64,000 nt of DNA, from NCBI GenBank assembly GCA_043817315.1, contig JBDRGY010000001.1, forward strand, positions 78,702 to 142,701, read 5' to 3'. This stretch comes from Patescibacteria group bacterium (GTDB lineage: Bacteria > Patescibacteriota > Patescibacteriia > JBDRGY01). The notes below the pieces were generated by a model. The model saw nothing but the letters and a program-made list of their open reading frames with translations, was not told where the DNA came from and searched no databases. The translations under genes and the position numbers were made by a program. This document shows positions 57,076 to 64,000 of the stretch, in pieces. How positions within the stretch are numbered: the stretch's first letter is position 1; each line of letters starts with the position of its first letter.

Positions 57076-58383
57076 ATGAAAAAAACCAAAAAAACTAAGA
57101 AATCGGTTGGAAAACGAAAAACAATTGCCATTGTTGGCATCGGCTATGTGGGATTGCCCCTGGCTTGTTTATGTGCCAATAAGGGTTATAAGGTATTCGG
57201 TATAGGTAAAGACAGAGACAAGATCGCAATGGTTAATGCCGGGATCAGTCCTATCAAGGATCGACCACTTCAGATAGATGTCAAAAAGCAACTGATTGAA
57301 GCTACCGACGATTACCGGGTGATTAAGAAAGCTGGTATCGTGATTATTTGTGTACCTACACCAGTTGACGATCTTTACACTCCTGATTTGGGCCCGGTGC
57401 GTTCGGCCAGTGAAGGAGTACAGAAAAATTTGACAAAAGGACAACTGGTTATCGTGGAATCAACCATCAACCCCGGCGTTTGCGAAGAAGTGGTTTTGCC
57501 AATTTTAGAAAGACAAGGAAAGAAAGTCGGCCGGAATTTCTATCTGGCCCATTGTCCCGAGAGAATAAATCCTGGAGATAAAAAATGGAAAGTCCATAAC
57601 ATTCCCCGAGTAGTCGGTGCTTTCACCTCCAGAGGATTAGCTATGGCAGTAAAATTCTATGAGAGTATTCTTAATGCTCCTGTCAGGCCGATGAAGACGA
57701 TCAAGGAAGCCGAAGCTACCAAGATTGTAGAGAATTCGTTCCGTGATATCAATATCGCTTTTGTCAATGAATTGGCCCGTTCCTTTGACCGGTTGGGTAT
57801 TGATGTTCATGAGGTTATCCAGGGAGCAGCCACTAAACCTTTCGCTTATATGCCCCATTATCCGTCTATCGGAGTAGGGGGGCATTGTATCCCGGTAGAT
57901 CCCTATTATTTGATTGAAAAAGCCAAGCTGCTGGGGTTTGATCACGAATTTTTAAAACTGGCCAGAGTGATCAATAATCGAATGCCTTATTACGGAGTCA
58001 AAGCCCTGCAGAGGAATTTGAACACCATCAAGAAGTCAGTTAAAGGCACCAAGGTGGGAGTCTTGGGGTTGTCATATAAGGCTGACGTCGGTGATATGCG
58101 GGAAACCCCAACTAAAAAAGTAATTGAATACCTCAAGGTTTTGGAGGCTGAAGTTCACCTTTATGATCCCCATTTCCTGGAACTATCGACGGAAAGAAGT
58201 CTCGACGAGCTTTTGGAAAAAGTTGAGGCCATTATCTTATGTACTAACCACAAAGAATTTGTAGAGATGGACTTGAATAAACTGAAGAAAAACAAAATAA
58301 AAGTAATCATCGATGGCAAAAACTGTTGGGACAAAGAAGCCATTACCAAACTGGGCATAATTTATAAAGGAATCGGCCGCTAA
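57076..58383 (+). CDS. UDP-N-acetylhexosamine dehydrogenase (WecC/WbpA-like)
   Basis: GIGYVGLP, ICVPTP, EST, PERINPG, GVGGHCIPVDP. Confidence 0.85.
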   Translation: MKKTKKTKKSVGKRKTIAIVGIGYVGLPLACLCANKGYKVFGIGKDRDKIAMVNAGISPIKDRPLQIDVKKQLIEATDDYRVIKKAGIVIICVPTPVDDLYTPDLGPVRSASEGVQKNLTKGQLVIVESTINPGVCEEVVLPILERQGKKVGRNFYLAHCPERINPGDKKWKVHNIPRVVGAFTSRGLAMAVKFYESILNAPVRPMKTIKEAEATKIVENSFRDINIAFVNELARSFDRLGIDVHEVIQGAATKPFAYMPHYPSIGVGGHCIPVDPYYLIEKAKLLGFDHEFLKLARVINNRMPYYGVKALQRNLNTIKKSVKGTKVGVLGLSYKADVGDMRETPTKKVIEYLKVLEAEVHLYDPHFLELSTERSLDELLEKVEAIILCTNHKEFVEMDLNKLKKNKIKVIIDGKNCWDKEAITKLGIIYKGIGR

Positions 58384-58385
58384 CT

Positions 58386-59342
58386 ATGAGATTAGTCATT
58401 ACCATACCGGCCTATAACGAAGAAAAAACTATTGCCAGCGTCATTAGGGGAATCCCCAGGCAGCTTGAGGGAATTGACGAGGTGAAAATATTGGTAGTTG
58501 ATGACGGCTCAACTGATAATACGGTCAGAGTCAGCCAGGAGGCTGGCGCCGATTATGTGGTTTCTCACCAAAATGTCGGCTTAGCTACCAATTTTAGAAT
58601 TTCCCAGGATGAAGCCCTGCAAAGAGGGGCTGATATTATCATAAATATTGATGCTGATAACCAGTACGACCCCAACGAAATCCCAAAATTGATCAAACCG
58701 ATTCTAGACAATGGGGCGGAAATTGTTTCCGGAGACCGGCAAGTTAAAAGATTAGACCACATGCCCATTTCCAAAAAATACGGTAATCTGTTGGGTACCT
58801 GGGTGGTCAGGAGGGTGTCTGGTTTGCCGATAAGGGACGCTTCGTCAGGATTTCGAGCTTATTCCCGGGAGGCCGCTTTAAGACTAAACGTGATCTCTCA
58901 ACATACCTATACTCATGAAACGATTATTCAGGCTGCCAATAAACACCTTAGATTTATCGAAGTACCGTGTACTTTCCGGGAAACCGAGAGGGCCAATCAA
59001 GAATCCAGATTGATCGGTGGCGTCTGGGGCCATATCAAAAAATCAGGAGCTACAATTGTTCGCACCTATTCGACTTATCGTTCTCTCAAAACATTCTTTT
59101 ATATCGGGTTGCCCTTTATTTTGGTCGGCACTTTTTTTATTTTAAGATTTTTTTACTATTACTTTTTCAATTCGGGAGCAGGCCACATCCAGTCTTTAAT
59201 TATTGCTGCGATCCTGATTATTGTCGGTTTTCAGGTATTTGTGATCGGGTTAATGGCTGATGGCATTAGTGCTAATAGAAAAATAAATGAGGAGATTTTA
59301 TACCGCCTGAATAAGGAGAAGTATAACGGTAATAGAAAATGA
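58386..59342 (+). CDS. GT2 glycosyltransferase with two C-terminal TMs
   Basis: IPAYNEE, VDDGSTD, IDADNQY, SGFRAY. Confidence 0.85.
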   Translation: MRLVITIPAYNEEKTIASVIRGIPRQLEGIDEVKILVVDDGSTDNTVRVSQEAGADYVVSHQNVGLATNFRISQDEALQRGADIIINIDADNQYDPNEIPKLIKPILDNGAEIVSGDRQVKRLDHMPISKKYGNLLGTWVVRRVSGLPIRDASSGFRAYSREAALRLNVISQHTYTHETIIQAANKHLRFIEVPCTFRETERANQESRLIGGVWGHIKKSGATIVRTYSTYRSLKTFFYIGLPFILVGTFFILRFFYYYFFNSGAGHIQSLIIAAILIIVGFQVFVIGLMADGISANRKINEEILYRLNKEKYNGNRK

Positions 59343-60400
59343 AGGTCTTATTTATATGTGGCAGAGAACCTGAATATTCCAGAAATGCCTTATTATTGAA
59401 AGCACTGAAGAACCGTTATGAAGTAATTGAATGTACCAGCCAGGCTGCAAAATACTCGTTTCGGTTTTTGCATATCATAACTAAGTTTCTATTTCAATAT
59501 CACAATGCTGATCTTATATTTGTCGGTTTTCTGGGCCAGCCCCTGGTAATTTTGATCAGGTTGCTTACCAAAAAACCGATTATTTTTGATGCCTTTATTT
59601 CGCTATTTGATACAGTTTGCTTTGATCGGAAAAAAGCTTCGCCAAATTCACTTGTAGGAAAATTCTGTTTTTGGCTAGATCAAACATCTTGTCAGAAAGC
59701 AGATAAGGTTATTGTTGATACAAAAACGCACAGAGATTATTTTATTGAAATGTTTCGAATACCCCCCGGTAAGGTTGAATATATCTATGTGGGGGCCGAG
59801 GAGTCCGTTTTTTCATCTCAGAAATTTGTAGAGCGAAAAAACGATAAGACAACCATATTCTATTATGGCACTGGTCTTCCTTTGCAGGGCGTGGATATCA
59901 TCCTCAAAGCTGCCAAGAGAATTGAATCTGAGAAAAACATTGTTTTTAGAATTGCAGGACCGATTAATAATAGATGCAGTGCATTGATTCGAGAACTAAA
60001 TCTGTGCAATGTGCGATTTCTCGGCTTCGTACCCTACAGAAAACTATCAGAAGAAATTGGAAGGGCCGATATTTGTTTAGGCGGACATTTTTCTAATATC
60101 GACAAAGCCAAAAGGGTGATTGCCGGGAAAACATTTCAGTTTATTGCCATGAAAAAACCGGTGATCATCGGAGATAATGAAGCAAATAAGGAGTTGTTCA
60201 TCGACGGAGAAAGTTGTAAAATGGTAAACATGGCAGATCCAGATGATTTGGCGAAAGCGATTATTGATTTAAAGTCCGATAATCAATTGAGAGATAAAAT
60301 TGCTAATCGAGCCTATCAGGTCTTTCAAGAGAAATGCAGTTTGGACATTATTACCCAGCAAATATTTGATATTCTCGGTAAATACGAGAAATCATCCTAG
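59339..60400 (+). CDS. GT4-type glycosyltransferase
   Basis: GT-B signatures; YYGTGLPLQG, ADICLG, MKKPVI. Confidence 0.8.
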   Translation: MKVLFICGREPEYSRNALLLKALKNRYEVIECTSQAAKYSFRFLHIITKFLFQYHNADLIFVGFLGQPLVILIRLLTKKPIIFDAFISLFDTVCFDRKKASPNSLVGKFCFWLDQTSCQKADKVIVDTKTHRDYFIEMFRIPPGKVEYIYVGAEESVFSSQKFVERKNDKTTIFYYGTGLPLQGVDIILKAAKRIESEKNIVFRIAGPINNRCSALIRELNLCNVRFLGFVPYRKLSEEIGRADICLGGHFSNIDKAKRVIAGKTFQFIAMKKPVIIGDNEANKELFIDGESCKMVNMADPDDLAKAIIDLKSDNQLRDKIANRAYQVFQEKCSLDIITQQIFDILGKYEKSS

Positions 60401-60401
60401 T

Positions 60402-62231
60402 ATGAATAAATTTCGTTTTCTTAATAAAGGGATAAAAACAAATTTAATAGAATCGATTCTGTTATCGATTATAATATGTTTTATTGCCCAGTTATTTTTT
60501 TTGTATTTAAACCTTTTTCAATATACTAAATACCTTTCGTTTCTGCTAATAGTAATCTTCATTTATTTTTTCCGAAAATATACCTCTCACTCAACAGAAA
60601 TAAAAATCAAATTAATCATATTACTTTTAATTATTTCTTTTTTTACCGCCTTTTTCACGACCAAAGATATTAATGCGGGCCGTGATAACGGGGCATATCT
60701 CAATGACAGTTTATTGATTAATAAGAGTAACACCTATATATACCAGGATGCTGTTTTGGCTACTTTTCCTGGTTTTACTAATTTAGAAGACGGAGAGACA
60801 GTTTTAGGTTTTCCTATCGGCTATTCGCTATTTTTAACCTTGTTTCATTTGGGCAAGATGAGTTTTTTGTTTTTGGCAAATTTTATCTTATATTTCTTTA
60901 TTCTTTACTGTGTCTACAAAATAAGCTCAGTATTATTTGAGCGGGCTAATCCACTCTATAGTGTAATATTTTTTTCAACTTTCTATACCAGCATTTGGAT
61001 AACCAGGAATTTCTATTCAGAAAATCTGACTTGTTTTTTATTACTAGGCGCACTGACACTTTTATTGTCCAATAATAAAAACATCAAGTTACTTTCGGCA
61101 ATACCGGCAGTTGCTACGTTGCTAGTCAGGTTAGACACCCTTATTTACCTGCCGATTTTTCTAGTTATTTACTTTATTGAAATCAAGCGGATCAAGGGCC
61201 GAATAGAAAAAAAACTTGTTCTGTTTTTGTTTTTGGCTTTAGCCATAGTCTTTTTTGCCTTCTATTTCTATTCGGTTTCAATCAATGATGAGTATCTGAT
61301 AAATCATTTTAAGGAATTTGTAAGCCCGATAAAAAATTTGTTTTTCGAAGACAACACTACTGGAATAACTGATTTTACCAATCTGCATTTTCCCATGGGC
61401 TATTATACGTTGAAGGTTTTTTCGGCCTATTTATTGCCGGTATTTTTCGCCCTAGCCGTTTTTGGCCTATTCCGCATTTTGAGAAATCGTCATAGGAATA
61501 CCCGATACATTATTTATACGTTGTTATTTTTTGCCCCTTCGTTATTTTTTATTTTCAAGCCGATGATTACGATTGATCACCCCTGGTTCATGAGAAGATT
61601 CTATCCTGCATTCATACCCCTGTTAATTATCCTGGCTGTTTCTTTTTTTGAGAAAAAACTGAAAAAAGGTGATTACATTATTATAATCTTATTAGTTATC
61701 GGCAATCTGGTTAATGTGGCTCCTATTCTATTTTTCAGAGATTACCGTGATTCACCAGTGATGGCAGAACAGTTGGCCGATTCCTTGCCTGACGATTCAG
61801 TATTAATTGTAGCCAGCGGATCTCAGAATACCCTATCAACCTATATGTACATAAATTATGATATTATTTCCAGCATCGAGCCAGCCTACTGGTCTTGGTT
61901 AGATAGAAAATATCCCAATGATTTATTAACTAAACAATATATACTTGATAATTTTGCTGAGAACAAAGAAATCTTTGTGCTATCTAAAGTTAACCCCAGT
62001 TTAGAGAAGGGGACATCGATTTCTAATGTGTTTACCAATGATGAATTAGTCTATCTGAAAGAATATCAATATACAACCCCGGCCATTAAATACTCCTGTG
62101 ATTTCAGGGCGGAATTTCTCAACCAGCAAGCGAATAAAGAAATGATTGACCAAACCTGTGACGATCTCCCCCCCACAGAAATTTCGCAGAAAGTGATTAA
62201 CTTCTATATATATCAATACCAGCCAAGCTAG
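60402..62231 (+). CDS. Polytopic GT-C-like glycosyltransferase
   Basis: Start reassigned to ATG 60402; many TMs; GRDNGAY loop, YSE, PWFMRRF. Confidence 0.6.
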   Translation: MNKFRFLNKGIKTNLIESILLSIIICFIAQLFFLYLNLFQYTKYLSFLLIVIFIYFFRKYTSHSTEIKIKLIILLLIISFFTAFFTTKDINAGRDNGAYLNDSLLINKSNTYIYQDAVLATFPGFTNLEDGETVLGFPIGYSLFLTLFHLGKMSFLFLANFILYFFILYCVYKISSVLFERANPLYSVIFFSTFYTSIWITRNFYSENLTCFLLLGALTLLLSNNKNIKLLSAIPAVATLLVRLDTLIYLPIFLVIYFIEIKRIKGRIEKKLVLFLFLALAIVFFAFYFYSVSINDEYLINHFKEFVSPIKNLFFEDNTTGITDFTNLHFPMGYYTLKVFSAYLLPVFFALAVFGLFRILRNRHRNTRYIIYTLLFFAPSLFFIFKPMITIDHPWFMRRFYPAFIPLLIILAVSFFEKKLKKGDYIIIILLVIGNLVNVAPILFFRDYRDSPVMAEQLADSLPDDSVLIVASGSQNTLSTYMYINYDIISSIEPAYWSWLDRKYPNDLLTKQYILDNFAENKEIFVLSKVNPSLEKGTSISNVFTNDELVYLKEYQYTTPAIKYSCDFRAEFLNQQANKEMIDQTCDDLPPTEISQKVINFYIYQYQPS

Positions 62232-64000
62232 ACTAAAGAGGCAACCAATTTCTTGAATTGATTTGCGGCTATGTCCCAGCTATATTGACGAGAATAACTC
62301 AAACCATCTTCAATTACCCTGTCTCTGAATTGTTTTTCATCTCGCAGTCTTATTAGTAGTCTATAGAGTTCATCGCAGTTTAATTTACTAAGAATGACTG
62401 TTTTACTAATGATCTCTTTTGGCATATTTTTTGAATGCAAAGTAATAACCGGACAACCGCAACGCTGAGCCTCAATAATAGGAAAACCAAATCCTTCATC
62501 AGAAGAGAGAAATAATAAACCGAGAGATCGATTATACAAATCAATCAGCCGTTCGTCATTTACGTCTTTGATAAAGTTGATATTATTGTTTTGTCTTTCT
62601 TCATTCCCTATGACCGTCAAAGATAGTTTTCCATATTTATTAAAACAATCTAATACGAAATTGGTGTTCTTCCAAACTTCTTTTCGATCGAATGTTAAAA
62701 AATAATCTCTCTTTTCAGTCGAATAGCTTCTAAATTTTTCACTTACCCCGCTGTTTATTTTTTCAATTAAACCGGGGGATAAATGATATTTTTGTATTAG
62801 ATCCCTTTCTGTAACACTTGATATGGCAACTACCTTGTCTGATTTTCTCAAAATACGGCCCAAAAAGTGCCTGTATACAAATTTCATTAGAATGCTGGGA
62901 CTATAACGTAAGGGGATAAGGTCATGTACCACCGAGATTATCTTGAGATCGTAAGGATTAATTACAGGATGAAATTGGTAGGGATAGATTAACAAAGAGT
63001 ATCTTTTTTTTATTTCAAAAGGAGCAACAATTCGATATAAAGCTTTTTTTAGCTTGACCGATTCTTTCAGAAAATCAAGATATTTAAGGTGGAGCTTGTT
63101 TTCGACTTCTTCGGTGAACTTATTTTCTTCATAATAAATTAACTCAAGGTTTAGTCCGATCTTTTTCAAGGACGTATAAAGATTTTCTTGATAATTTTTT
63201 ATACCATAAGAGATGCTCGGTTCGTAGAAAAAGCCGATTTTTTTTGATTTATTGCCTTGGGCTTTTTCCCTTTTAATAATCATTCTGGCGTCTTTGATGC
63301 CCCTTAGCCAAGATTGGAACTTTACTTTAGGGAAAATAATCCGGGCCAAGACAGTTTTTAGGCCTATTTGGATTGTTATGAATGTTAAAGATTTAAATCG
63401 GTTTTTATTATAACGATAATTAAAAATCAAGCGGTTTCTGGAAAAGTGGTATATATAAAATGGACTTCTGGTTTTTGAGGACCGGCTGATTTTGTGATAG
63501 ACTATAGAGTCCTGGGCGACTATCAGTTTTTTGCCAGTTGCTTTAACTCTTTGACACAAATCGGCATCCTCAAAATAGCAAAAGTAAACGGGATCGAATA
63601 AACCCGTTTCCTTTAAGACTTCGACTGGAATCAACATGGCACATCCGGTAACAAAGTCGGTATATTTTCGATTATCTTTTTTCAGATGATGGGGTCGTGC
63701 CAACCACCAATTTATTTTTCCGCCGGCGAAATTAATTTCTCCGGTATTTTCGTTTATAATTTTAGAACCGATAATTCCTGCTTCCGAGTGTTCCAATGCC
63801 TTATCGACCAGCTTGGTCAAAAAATCTTTTTCTACAATTGTATCATTGTTTAAAAGTAGCACGTAATCTGTTTTTCCTTCTTTCAAGATCTCTTTAAAGG
63901 CGGTATTATTGCCCCCGGCAAAGCCCAAGTTGACCTCGTTTCTAATTAATTTTATATAGTCACCAAACTTTTTTTTCAAGATATCAGCGTCATTGCCTAA
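62228..64000 (-). CDS. GT2-GT4 fused glycosyltransferase; 5' end outside the window
   Basis: NLGFAGGNN, LLNND, YFEDAD (GT2) then HDLIP, EGFGFPIIEA (GT4); frame is open to base 64000. Confidence 0.85.
   Translation of the reverse strand, partial: LGNDADILKKKFGDYIKLIRNEVNLGFAGGNNTAFKEILKEGKTDYVLLLNNDTIVEKDFLTKLVDKALEHSEAGIIGSKIINENTGEINFAGGKINWWLARPHHLKKDNRKYTDFVTGCAMLIPVEVLKETGLFDPVYFCYFEDADLCQRVKATGKKLIVAQDSIVYHKISRSSKTRSPFYIYHFSRNRLIFNYRYNKNRFKSLTFITIQIGLKTVLARIIFPKVKFQSWLRGIKDARMIIKREKAQGNKSKKIGFFYEPSISYGIKNYQENLYTSLKKIGLNLELIYYEENKFTEEVENKLHLKYLDFLKESVKLKKALYRIVAPFEIKKRYSLLIYPYQFHPVINPYDLKIISVVHDLIPLRYSPSILMKFVYRHFLGRILRKSDKVVAISSVTERDLIQKYHLSPGLIEKINSGVSEKFRSYSTEKRDYFLTFDRKEVWKNTNFVLDCFNKYGKLSLTVIGNEERQNNNINFIKDVNDERLIDLYNRSLGLLFLSSDEGFGFPIIEAQRCGCPVITLHSKNMPKEIISKTVILSKLNCDELYRLLIRLRDEKQFRDRVIEDGLSYSRQYSWDIAANQFKKLVASLV

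Noticed and set aside
603-59260. Numerous short ORFs overlapping long genes (antisense or alternate frame), e.g. 603..1049, 6424..7035, 27529..28020, 55792..56442
   Set aside because: They are shadows of well-supported genes, with no motifs or expression signals.
1-64000. Alternative genetic code (UGA=Gly)
   Set aside because: Long genes are uninterrupted under code 11 and TGA terminates genes at expected ends (metK, methyltransferase, GT2).

Overview
Bacterial chromosomal window read in standard code 11. It is most likely Patescibacteria/CPR, which I infer from CPR-typical conserved genes, a VirD4-like ATPase pair, FG-GAP proteins and many leaderless promoters. Left arm: a 5'-truncated papain-like/NHL protein, dusB, a membrane-anchored single-NBD Clp ATPase, an unannotated 48-aa membrane peptide, corA and a GC-rich orphan lipoprotein. 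Centre (about 7.3-41.4 kb): a VirD4/TraD-like ATPase followed by about 31 kb of large Cys-rich exported proteins. These include a transglutaminase-like protein, a gingipain-like C25 protease, GH-like barrels, beta-helices, two PL1 pectate lyases and two FN3/FG-GAP 'scaffolds'. Main candidate novel system: six signal-peptide-bearing, mostly glycan-active proteins all end in a TSP1-like Cys repeat plus an exactly 14-aa tail, DSx[SP]Pxx[IV]x[DN]Lxxx-stop. This tail looks like the first beta-strand of an FN3 domain. Each trio of such genes is followed by a membrane-anchored protein whose FN3 domain lacks that strand. This suggests a split-FN3, donor-strand docking system analogous to a cellulosome, which is a hypothesis. 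Recombination scars (a 41-aa chimeric ORF, a 111-bp exact junction repeat, a borrowed C-terminus) indicate the array has been shuffled. Right arm: methyltransferase, dnaX, tRNA-Gln(CTG), a second corA, envelope proteins, a subtilase, and a glycan biosynthesis locus containing metK that runs off the window. All family assignments are by motif recognition; no database searches were run.
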